Source: Sumerlaeia bacterium
GTDB lineage: Bacteria > Sumerlaeota > Sumerlaeia > SLMS01 > JAHLLQ01
Reading direction: 5' to 3'
NCBI GenBank assembly: GCA_040219255.1
Contig: JAVJSW010000042.1
Span: 32,001-96,000, forward strand
Length of the DNA: 64,000 bases
The stretch's first letter is position 1. Each line of letters opens with the position of its first letter. The position numbers were made by a program, and so were the translations under genes. The notes beneath the pieces are model-generated. The model was not told the DNA's origin. It searched no databases and saw only the letters and a program-made list of their open reading frames with translations. Below, one piece after another: positions 30,850-39,144 of the stretch.

Positions 30850-30892
30850 GCCGCCGCCCCTCCGCATCCCCCTAAGAAACACCCCCACCCCC

Positions 30893-31651
30893 ATGGCGAA
30901 AAAATCCGCATCCTCCACCGCCCTCCGGCCCAAGTTCGCGGCCTATCACAGGGACAGTCCTGTTTGGGATAAGGTGGACGACGACCTGAAAGTCCGCATC
31001 GGCAAGCTTTCCGCCGATAAGAAGCTGCACGAACGCGCCGTCGCCATCCACGACGTCCTGCTGGAAGAATTCCCGGAGGCCCACTGCGAGTTGAATTACA
31101 CCGGGCCGCTGCAATTGCTGATCGCGACAATCCTGTCCGCCCAGTGCACCGACGCCCGGGTGAACATGGTGACGCCCGCGCTGTTCGAGCGCTTCCCCAC
31201 GGCCGTGGCCCTGGCCGAGGCGGACGTCGAAGAAATCGAAGAGTACGTCAAGACAACCGGGTTCTATCGCAACAAGGCCAAAGCCATCAAGAGCGCCTGC
31301 GCCGACATCGTCGCGAACTTTGGCGGCGAAGTGCCCGAAGACATCGAGAAGCTGCTGACCCTGCGAGGCGTCGCCCGCAAGACCGCCAACGTGGTCCGAA
31401 CGAACTGCTTCGGCTATCCAGGGCTGACGGTGGATACGCACTTCCAGCGCCTGACCAAGCGCATGGGCCTGACCACGAATGACGACCCGCAGAAAATCGA
31501 AGCGGATTTGGCGAACCTGCTGCCGCCCGAGCGCTGGTGCCATTTCACCCACGCCATCATCCTGCACGGTCGCCGAACCTGCAAAGCCCGCAAACCCAAC
31601 TGTCCGGAATGCCGCGTGGCGCCTCTCTGCCCCAGCGCCTTCCAGGTTTAG
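30893..31651 (+). CDS. nth: Endonuclease III
   Basis: LLIATILSAQCTD, GFYRNKA, HhH GVARKTAN, VDTH and 4Fe-4S motif CKARKPNCPECRVAPLC. Confidence 0.96.
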   Translation: MAKKSASSTALRPKFAAYHRDSPVWDKVDDDLKVRIGKLSADKKLHERAVAIHDVLLEEFPEAHCELNYTGPLQLLIATILSAQCTDARVNMVTPALFERFPTAVALAEADVEEIEEYVKTTGFYRNKAKAIKSACADIVANFGGEVPEDIEKLLTLRGVARKTANVVRTNCFGYPGLTVDTHFQRLTKRMGLTTNDDPQKIEADLANLLPPERWCHFTHAIILHGRRTCKARKPNCPECRVAPLCPSAFQV

Positions 31652-31661
31652 GACCCTCCTC

Positions 31662-32387
31662 ATGTTTGATTGGATCTTTTTCGATCTCGACGGCACCCTC
31701 TGGGATCATGGAAGCGCTTCCGCCCACGCCCTCAAGCAACTCTGCGCCGAGGAAGGCCTCGACTTCAACGCCCTCGCGCCCCTCTTCAAGGAAGCGAACG
31801 AGCGGCTTTGGGGCGAGCTTTCCGCCGGGGCCATCACGGTCCAGGAACTCCGCACACGCCGTTTCCGCATGATCCTCGACAAAGTCTTTCACGGCGCCCG
31901 CGGTGGCCAGGTGACGGACGAGGAAGCGGACCGTCTGAGCGATCGCTACCTGCACCACTACCTGCCTTTTCCCGGTGAACTCGAGGGCGCGTCGGATGCC
32001 CTCGCCATCGCCGCGGCGGCCGCCCGGGTGGGCGTGCTGACCAACGCGCCGCACGAAACACAGGACCCGAAACTGGCCAGCATCGAAGCCAGGCACCACG
32101 TGGAAATCATGATGGCCAGTGACGACGCGGGGGTCCTCAAGCCCGACCCCGGTTTCTTTGAGCGCGCCGAAGCCCTCGCCGGCCACCCACCCAAGGAACG
32201 ACTCCTTTACGTTGGCGATTCCTGGGCCTTCGACATGGTGGGCGCCCACGCCGTCGGTTGGCATTGCCTGTGGATCGGCGGCGGCAATGAACCGCCGGAA
32301 ACGCTCCCCCGCGTCCACGCTGTCGAGAGCATCGCCGAAGCCGCTATCTGGATCGCTGACCGCACCCAGGAAAGCGCGACCGCATGA
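31662..32387 (+). CDS. HAD-superfamily hydrolase (YjjG-like nucleotidase)
   Basis: FFDLDGTLWD, LTN, KPDP and VGDSWAFD motifs. Confidence 0.9.
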   Translation: MFDWIFFDLDGTLWDHGSASAHALKQLCAEEGLDFNALAPLFKEANERLWGELSAGAITVQELRTRRFRMILDKVFHGARGGQVTDEEADRLSDRYLHHYLPFPGELEGASDALAIAAAAARVGVLTNAPHETQDPKLASIEARHHVEIMMASDDAGVLKPDPGFFERAEALAGHPPKERLLYVGDSWAFDMVGAHAVGWHCLWIGGGNEPPETLPRVHAVESIAEAAIWIADRTQESATA

Positions 32388-33319
32388 GACCGGAGGCCAA
32401 TCGTATGCTGTTTTCCTGGATCGTATTGGGGTCCGGCCTGCTGGTGGCCCCCGCTTGCCGGACGTCTGATCCGGTCGAGTCGCGGGTCGAGGATGTGACC
32501 CTCGCCCTCGAACCGACCGCCAAAATCGACTCGAAGGAGATCGACGAATCGAGCGGTCTGGCCGCGAGCCGCGCCTACCCAGGCGTGATCTGGACCCACA
32601 ACGACTCGGGCGACGACGCCCGCATCTTCGCCATCACTCGCGACGGCGAAAGCGTCTGTCCCGGCGGCGGCAACGACTGCACCGGCATCACAGTCCACGG
32701 CGCGGTGAACCGCGATTGGGAAGACATCGCCCTCGATAGCGAAGGCAATCTCCTGATCGGAGACTTTGGCAACAACGACAACGAACGCGAGCGTCTCCGC
32801 ATCTACGTTGTGCCCGAACCCAACCCTGCCGAAGCGGTGGACGCCACCGCGACCCAAGTCCTCAAGTTCCACTTCCCGGACCAAACCGCCTTTCCGCCTC
32901 CGGAAAGCGAAATGAATTTTGATGTCGAAGCCATTTTTGAAACCGGCGGATCGATCTACGTCATGACCAAGCATCGCGGCGACACGCGCACCAAGTTGTA
33001 CCGCCTGCCCCGCCGTGATACCGAAGACTTGCAGACTGTCGAATTTCTGGCCTCCTATCCCATTGAGGGCATGGTCACCGCCGCCGACATCAGCGCCGAC
33101 GGCCGCCGGCTGGCGGTGTTGACTTATCAGGATGTCTGGCTCTTCGAGTCGGACACGCCGGGGCGTTGGCTGGAAACACAGGCCGTGTGCCGCTATCCGA
33201 TCCAGATGGGCCAGTGCGAGGGCATCACCTTCCTGAGCGATGGGCGCTTGCTCATTTCCAACGAAGGCCGCGACCTCTACGAAGTCAGTCTCGACCTGCC
33301 CAGCCCCGCCAGCAAATAG
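32384..33319 (+). CDS. Lipoprotein with a beta-propeller of the SdiA-regulated/esterase-like phytase type
   Basis: Lipobox APAC; IDESSGL, WTHNDSGD, NRDWEDIA, IGDFGNN, DVEA, VTAADIS and QCEGITF. Confidence 0.75.
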   Translation: MRPEANRMLFSWIVLGSGLLVAPACRTSDPVESRVEDVTLALEPTAKIDSKEIDESSGLAASRAYPGVIWTHNDSGDDARIFAITRDGESVCPGGGNDCTGITVHGAVNRDWEDIALDSEGNLLIGDFGNNDNERERLRIYVVPEPNPAEAVDATATQVLKFHFPDQTAFPPPESEMNFDVEAIFETGGSIYVMTKHRGDTRTKLYRLPRRDTEDLQTVEFLASYPIEGMVTAADISADGRRLAVLTYQDVWLFESDTPGRWLETQAVCRYPIQMGQCEGITFLSDGRLLISNEGRDLYEVSLDLPSPASK

Positions 33320-33417
33320 CCTCCGCCGGTTGGCAAAGGTTCTGCTCTGACCGGATCGCGCACTGAGCCCCGGCTCATCTCCGGCCCATTTCCTCTGCCA
33401 AGCGACTCAAACCGACC

Positions 33418-33855
33418 ATGGAACGCATCACCGTCCTCGCCAAATTCCACACCGGCCATCGCCAACTCGGCTACCCGGGCAAGTGCGCCTGGGTCCACGG
33501 CCATACCTGGCGCGGGAAAGTCACCGTCCGCACGGAAGAATTCCCCCGCGACCGCCTCGACATGGCGCTCGATTTTGGCGACCTGAAGCACATCATGCGC
33601 GAATTCGATCATCGCATCATCATCACCGAAGGCGACAAGACCTTCCAGAACACGGAACTCTTCGAACCCGAAGGCGTCATCCTGATCGAAGGCTCCGGCC
33701 CCAGCGTCGAGAACGTCGCCCGCCACGTCTTCAAAGGCGTCGTCGACCACATTAAAGACAAGTTTCCCGGATTCGACAAAGACTATCACATCGAAGTCGA
33801 AATCCAGGAAACGGACAATAACTTTTTCGCGGTGGAGAAGACGGTTAGAATCTAG
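33418..33855 (+). CDS. queD: 6-carboxytetrahydropterin synthase / PTPS (QueD family)
   Basis: FHTGH...GKCxxxHGHTW, DFGDLK, FDHR, PSVENVA and C-terminal ET. Confidence 0.85.
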   Translation: MERITVLAKFHTGHRQLGYPGKCAWVHGHTWRGKVTVRTEEFPRDRLDMALDFGDLKHIMREFDHRIIITEGDKTFQNTELFEPEGVILIEGSGPSVENVARHVFKGVVDHIKDKFPGFDKDYHIEVEIQETDNNFFAVEKTVRI

Positions 33856-33900
33856 CAGCCGCCCTTGGCTGTCCCTCCTGAATGCGGCATTGCGAGCCGC

Positions 33901-35139
33901 TTAGCTGCCATACTTCATCAGCCGGCCCGCATGCGCCATGATCAGTTGCATGATTTCGTAGCTGGGGAATACGCCGAAGGTACCCTTGTCACATTCGCGC
34001 TCGGTATAACGTTTTCCGTCGTCCACATCGCAGAGCTTGCTGGTGATGACCAAGGGCACTGGATGGAAGCTGTGACTCTTCATCGGCGGCGGCGTCGAGT
34101 GGTCGCCGGTGATGGCGATGACGTCGGGCTTCAGTTCGTTCAGCACGACGGCCAGCGCGGCGTCCGTTTCCTCGATCACCTTGATCTTGCCGTCGCGGTT
34201 GCCGTCCTCGCCGTTGCTGTCGGTTTTCTTCACGTGCAGGAAGAAGAAATCGTAGTCGTTCCAGACTTCCTTGAGCGTCGCGAATTCGTCGGCGACGGTC
34301 GTGCCGGTCTTGAGCACATCCATCCCGCAGAGTCGCGCCACGCCGCGATAGAGCGGATAGGTGGCGATGGCGCAGGACTTGAGGCCGTAGCGGTTCTGGA
34401 AGCTCGGCAGGCCCGGGTCCTGGGCGATGCCGCGCAGGGTGAAACCGTTGGCCTTGGGCTCGTCCTTGATGGCGGCGCTCATGGCAGCGATGGCTTTTTC
34501 CAGAACCTTCGCGGTTTTGGCGGTCGCCGGGGAGTCGTTCTCCGGCGTCACCGGCAGGGGCGCCTTGCCGGTCTTCTGCGGATCCGTGTCGGCGATTCCG
34601 GCGGCGAGGCCTTCACCCTCCAGCACCAGGCAGAAGCGGTATTCCTTCACCGGCAGAACCTTGACCTGGACGCCGTCGATGGGGTCCTTGACGGCGGCCT
34701 GCATCTTGTCGAGCACCGGCTTGGCCTCATCGCCGCCGATGCGGCCCGCCCGGCGGTCGGTGATAACGCCGTTCACGTCCAGGGTAGCGAAGTTGCCGCG
34801 AATCGCCACATCGGTTTTCTTCAAAGGATAATCAATACCGGCGGCTTCCAGAACGCCCCGGCCGATGTCGTTGCCCGGCACCAGGGGATTGAACCCGAAC
34901 AGCGAAAGATGGCCCGGGCCGGAGCCGACCGCCAGCCCACGCGCCGCCGGCGTCACGCGGCCCAGCGAACCCTCTGCCGCGATGCGGTCCAGATTCGGCG
35001 TCTTGGCCGCCTCCAGCTCTGTCGTGGGGTGCTCCAGCGTCCGCATGCCACCCACACCGTCCATGACGATCAGGAGGATTTTCGAGCCGTTGTCGTTCAG
35101 CAGGCCCTTGATGATCGGGGCGATATTGACTTCACTCAT
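33901..35139 (-). CDS. apgM: 2,3-bisphosphoglycerate-independent phosphoglycerate mutase, ApgM type
   Basis: VMDGVGG, AKTPNLD, GSGPGHLSLFG, GRGVLEA, DRRAGRI, HVKKTD, TGDHSTP and HSFHPVP. Confidence 0.92.
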   Translation of the reverse strand: MSEVNIAPIIKGLLNDNGSKILLIVMDGVGGMRTLEHPTTELEAAKTPNLDRIAAEGSLGRVTPAARGLAVGSGPGHLSLFGFNPLVPGNDIGRGVLEAAGIDYPLKKTDVAIRGNFATLDVNGVITDRRAGRIGGDEAKPVLDKMQAAVKDPIDGVQVKVLPVKEYRFCLVLEGEGLAAGIADTDPQKTGKAPLPVTPENDSPATAKTAKVLEKAIAAMSAAIKDEPKANGFTLRGIAQDPGLPSFQNRYGLKSCAIATYPLYRGVARLCGMDVLKTGTTVADEFATLKEVWNDYDFFFLHVKKTDSNGEDGNRDGKIKVIEETDAALAVVLNELKPDVIAITGDHSTPPPMKSHSFHPVPLVITSKLCDVDDGKRYTERECDKGTFGVFPSYEIMQLIMAHAGRLMKYGS

Positions 35140-35335
35140 GAGGAAAAAACCATTCCGTTCGAAGACTTTGCCGGAGCGCTCCCGCGCGGCGGCGGCGTGC
35201 CGGCAGCGGGAAGCGTCGCTCTCCAGCGCCGGGGGGGTCAAGGCGCTATGGACTTGCGGCGCGCCGGTCTTGAGTCCTAAGAAGAAGGGGCCTGCCCCTT
35301 GACCAGCCCCCACCCAGGAAGGCCCGCGCCCGCCC

Positions 35336-36280
35336 ATGACATTGACCGTTTCCCGGCTCTTGCAAGAAAAACGCAAGCAGTTCGATCTGACCCTCCGCCA
35401 CGGCGCCACTGGTCTCGACAAACCGATCCACACCAGCGAACTGAACCGCCCGGGTCTGGCCTTCGCCGGGTTCCTGGGCGTTTACACGCACGATCGAATC
35501 CAGATTCTCGGCAACACGGAAATCGCCTATCTGTCGTCCCTGGCCGCCGAGGATCGGCGCCAGCGGCTCGAAAAGGCCCTCTCCTCCGAATACGAAATTC
35601 CCTGCTTCATCGTCACCGATGCGGGGGCTCCGCCCACCGAGCTGTGCGAAATCTGCGATCGCGAAGGCATCCCGCTCCTGACCACGTCCCGCCCCACGAC
35701 GCGGTTTTGGAGCAATATGACCTTCTACCTGGAGCGCGAGTTCGCTCCCACCGCCACCATCCACGGCGTGCTGATGGATATTTTCGGCATTGGCGTCCTG
35801 ATCCAGGGCAGCGCCGGCGTCGGCAAGAGCGAGTGCGGCCTGGAACTGATCGAGCGCGGCCACCAGCTCGTCGCCGACGACGTGGTCGTTGTGAAGCGCC
35901 TGTCCAAGACCCTGGTGGTTGGCACCGCCGTCAGCGACATCCAGCACCACATGGAAGTTCGCGGCCTAGGCATCGTCGATGTAGAGCTGCTTTTCGGCGC
36001 CGGCTCCGTGCGCGAGGAAAAGCGCATCAGCGTGGTAGTGCGACTCGAACGCGCCGACTGCGGTTTCGAAGTGGACCGCCTCGGCATCGACGAGAAATAC
36101 ACGCGGATTCTCGATGTAGACGTGCGCGAGTTCTGCATTCCCCTGGAACCGGGCCGCAACGCCGCCATCCTGGTCGAAGTCGCCGCCCTGCAGCACCGCA
36201 TCCACGCCAAGGGCCGCAACCCGGCGCAGGAACTGAACGAGAAGCTGATCAAGCAAATGGAGCGGTCGCGGCTGGTGTGA
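35336..36280 (+). CDS. hprK: HPr kinase/phosphorylase
   Basis: NRPGLAFAGF, HGVLMDIFGIGVLIQGSAGVGKSE, LVADD, MEVRGLGI and PGRN. Confidence 0.96.
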   Translation: MTLTVSRLLQEKRKQFDLTLRHGATGLDKPIHTSELNRPGLAFAGFLGVYTHDRIQILGNTEIAYLSSLAAEDRRQRLEKALSSEYEIPCFIVTDAGAPPTELCEICDREGIPLLTTSRPTTRFWSNMTFYLEREFAPTATIHGVLMDIFGIGVLIQGSAGVGKSECGLELIERGHQLVADDVVVVKRLSKTLVVGTAVSDIQHHMEVRGLGIVDVELLFGAGSVREEKRISVVVRLERADCGFEVDRLGIDEKYTRILDVDVREFCIPLEPGRNAAILVEVAALQHRIHAKGRNPAQELNEKLIKQMERSRLV

Positions 36281-36287
36281 GAATTTT

Positions 36288-36402
36288 CGCCGCGACTGAC
36301 ACAGATAAACACAGCGATCGATCAAATTCCTCGGCTATCTTCCACATCATCTCTCGGTCTTGAGTCCCGCATCAAGAGGGTTCATCTATGCCCATCTGTG
36401 GG
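36288..36402. repeat. Degenerate CACAGAT-type inverted-repeat element
   Basis: GACACAGATAAACACAG on the left and TTCATCTATGCCCATCTGTGG (reverse complement CCACAGATGGGCATAGATGAA) on the right, between convergent genes. Confidence 0.4.
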
Positions 36403-36428
36403 CACAGAAACCATCCCGCCGGCCCGCA

Positions 36429-37082
36429 TCAATACGCCGGGTTCAGCCGGCCCCCGCGCTCGGCATCCTCTTCGGTTCCTGCGGGACCCGCCGGGATCGC
36501 TTCGAGCGCCGCGTCGTCCGCGTCTTCGTTCAGTTCCCGAGTCCCCTCGCTAAACGTCGGGGGGGCGGGGGCGGCAGCTTCGAATCCGGGCGGCAGGACG
36601 CTCAGATCTTCCTCGACCGCATCGGTGTCCGCCGCCACCTCCTGGGCAACCGCTTCCGCCAGGGTGGCCGTTGTGGCGTCGTCGCGAAACTTGATGGCCG
36701 TTCCGCGCAGAAACGCCAGTTCATACTCCCCCTGGCGCCAGGCTTTGAAAGGCACCGCCGGGTCCGGCACGAATCCCTTATGCTCTTCCTGCAGCAGTTC
36801 GATCTCCACCACCGCGTCCGCCCCCAGCTTCGCCGCGCGCGCTTGCAGTTCCTTGAGCTGGGCACGCTTCTCAACCACCGTCGGCATGTCTTCGGTATCG
36901 CTGTTCACATAGGCGATGCGGGTGTGGGGCCGATTCACCGGGCCGATGAAAAGGCGCACCGATTCGGGGTTGGCGGCCGGTTCGAAGCGTTCGGTGGTCA
37001 AGCGGTGGACCTTGGTGTTGGTGCAGCCAACGGACTGCGTCAGCGCGACCGCCAGGACGGGGATCAGGGGGGCGAACTTCAT
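36429..37082 (-). CDS. Lipoprotein with a YbjQ-like/DUF4156-type alpha-beta domain and acidic tail
   Basis: MKFAPLIPVLAVALTQSVGC lipobox; LKELQARAAKLGADAVV...LRGTAIKF. Confidence 0.7.
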   Translation of the reverse strand: MKFAPLIPVLAVALTQSVGCTNTKVHRLTTERFEPAANPESVRLFIGPVNRPHTRIAYVNSDTEDMPTVVEKRAQLKELQARAAKLGADAVVEIELLQEEHKGFVPDPAVPFKAWRQGEYELAFLRGTAIKFRDDATTATLAEAVAQEVAADTDAVEEDLSVLPPGFEAAAPAPPTFSEGTRELNEDADDAALEAIPAGPAGTEEDAERGGRLNPAY

Positions 37083-37110
37083 CGGCGGGGGTAGGCTCTC
37101 TGGGTCGGGA

Positions 37111-37359
37111 TCACGCGTCCGCCGCCGGGTCGACGGGCACGCGGGCGGTCTTGGGATTGGGTTCTTCGAGCGTTTCGAAGACCGATTGATTGTAGAACTC
37201 GGTGAAACCGCAAAGGCCACAGGTCACCACATAGTATCCTGTGACCGGCAACGGCAACTTGCCGCTGGGCAGCGAAGCGCTGCCCACATGGCAAACGTGG
37301 GACTTGCACTTGGGACAGTGAAAGCGAGCCCTGAGGTCGTTCTCTGCGCGATGACTCAT
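37111..37359 (-). CDS. Small zinc-ribbon protein (DUF2082-like)
   Basis: 82 aa from ATG 37359, overlapping the upstream stop (ATGA); CPKC...VTCGLCGFTEFY. Confidence 0.78.
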   Translation of the reverse strand: MSHRAENDLRARFHCPKCKSHVCHVGSASLPSGKLPLPVTGYYVVTCGLCGFTEFYNQSVFETLEEPNPKTARVPVDPAADA

Positions 37360-38639
37360 GTGGCGGGGGGATCCTGCGGTTTTGTAAGGTCCGGCCGAGG
37401 CCCGGGAACGGGCGCCTGGGAAGGCCCGGCGGGTTGACCGGTACCTTGCCCCTGCGCCGAAGCGGGTGCAAAGGGAAAGGCGCGCGGTGGTGGACCCGGA
37501 GGCGCGGGCGGGGCAGGAGCGGCCGGCGGACTCTGCGGCGGAACGGGCGGGGGGCCTCCGGCCACGGGCCCCGGCTGGGAAATGGGCTGCGGCGGCGCAG
37601 TCCCATCCGCCCGGCCGTACGCCTCGTCGTACCAGTTCTCCCACTGCTTCAGATTCTCGAACCCCCGATAGTGATTTGCGTTTCCCCGGGCGAACACGTT
37701 GGGCGGCAACGGCGGCGGCGGAGCCGCAGGGACGTCGACATAAGGCTCCCTCGCTTCGCCGGAAACGCCGGTTTCCTCAGGGATCGGAGCCGGCAGGCCG
37801 GTGAACCCTCGTCCGCCCGCCGGCACCGTGACCAGGCCATCGGACATCGCCTGGAGCCGCGCCATCCACTGCCGCTCTTCCATATGGAACTCGAAACGGT
37901 CGGCCCCCAAACCGAAGTAGGTCTCGTAAGCCCGGATGCGGATCTGGAAATAAAGCGGCGCCGTGACGATCAGAAAGAGCGGACAAATCGCCGACGGGAT
38001 GGCGATCAGACTCAGCAGCAGGTTGAAAACCGCCAGCCCGAGCCAGTCGCGCCGCGCGCAATCCGCCCCGAAGCGAATCGCCGATAGGAAATCCAGCCGT
38101 TTGTCCACGACCAACGGCACCACGAAGAGCCGCAGCGGCCAGAAAATCGCCAGCCCCAGCAGGTACATCACGCCCCCGAAGAACAGGCTGAAGGTAGCCC
38201 CCGCGCTCGATGGGGCGGAGCCCGACAGGCCGGACAGGGCGAAGACGAGAAAAGGCAACGCCAGGATCGCGGCCCCAATGTTGACCGCCACCATGCTGAA
38301 ATAGTAGGCCAGCAGTCCTTGAATGTAGGAAGGAGCGTCGCGCTGGAAATCCGCCCAGGCCGGTTCGCGGCCGTGCAAACGAGCCAGCGCCGTCCCCGTC
38401 ACGCCCACTTCGATGATGCCGCGGCCCGCTAGAATCGCGATGAGACCGAAGGCCGTGCCCGCGTTGAACATGTCCAACGTCAGAAACAACGCGCGGCCAA
38501 CGCTCATCATCAAACCCGTCCCGATCGCCACCGCCATGGCCGCCGCGCCAAAGGGCAAGACCGCCTCCCACTCGGCATTGCAATCCTGCCACCCGGAGCG
38601 GAACCATTGGGAGAAGCGCGAGAAGGCGATGGGATTCAT
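37356..38639 (-). CDS. Integral membrane protein with a Pro-rich C-terminal tail
   Basis: Several TM helices; PLVVDKRLDFLSAIRFG motif typical of DUF975-like membrane proteins; Pro-rich tail. Confidence 0.7.
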   Translation of the reverse strand: MNPIAFSRFSQWFRSGWQDCNAEWEAVLPFGAAAMAVAIGTGLMMSVGRALFLTLDMFNAGTAFGLIAILAGRGIIEVGVTGTALARLHGREPAWADFQRDAPSYIQGLLAYYFSMVAVNIGAAILALPFLVFALSGLSGSAPSSAGATFSLFFGGVMYLLGLAIFWPLRLFVVPLVVDKRLDFLSAIRFGADCARRDWLGLAVFNLLLSLIAIPSAICPLFLIVTAPLYFQIRIRAYETYFGLGADRFEFHMEERQWMARLQAMSDGLVTVPAGGRGFTGLPAPIPEETGVSGEAREPYVDVPAAPPPPLPPNVFARGNANHYRGFENLKQWENWYDEAYGRADGTAPPQPISQPGPVAGGPPPVPPQSPPAAPAPPAPPGPPPRAFPFAPASAQGQGTGQPAGPSQAPVPGPRPDLTKPQDPPAT

Positions 38640-38802
38640 GAAACGAACGGGAAATCGGAGAGTGGGGTTGCGCTAGATCGCAACACGACCCGGGGCGCAA
38701 GAGCGATGAAAAAATTTCATCAGGGCAAAGTTAGGAAACCGGTACGAAACCCGCTTACGGGCATCTGTGGGTGATAGCGCAACTATCTCTGAGCAGGGGG
38801 CT

Positions 38803-38846
38803 GAATTTATCCCGGAGTTTTCTGAACTCTGGGATAAATTCTTTTT
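38803..38846 (+). terminator. Intrinsic terminator-like hairpin in the leader of the polysaccharide fusion gene
   Basis: 17-bp stem GAATTTATCCCGGAGTT / AACTCTGGGATAAATTC (one G:U pair), 5-nt loop, followed by TTTTT. Confidence 0.6.
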
Positions 38847-39144
38847 AGCCACCGGAGAAAGCCGTTGACATCTGGGTCATAATGGCGTGCAACGATTTGC
38901 AAACAAAAATTTGGGAGGAATTGCCTCCCAAACCCCACGCCGCTCGCGCCGGAAATCCCAGCCCCCTCTGTCGCAAGCCTGCAACGCCTTATGTTTCATC
39001 CCTTCGAATGCGGGCAAGAACTTACCTACCGCTCCCTCGCCCTTCCATCTCGCCCCCTTCGACCCTTAGCTGTTGAGTCAGCGGCCCGTTTCCGGCCATT
39101 CTCGCGGGTGCTTTGCGCGCCAACTCCCTCTCGTTAGGAAGCCG

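Noticed and set aside
33320-33417. preQ1 riboswitch upstream of queD
   Set aside because: No A-rich tail or recognisable preQ1 consensus
38865-38901. TTGACA...CATAAT sigma70 promoter or TGGC...TTGC sigma54 promoter
   Set aside because: Spacers are wrong: 7 bp instead of about 17, and 13 bp instead of 10 between GG and GC
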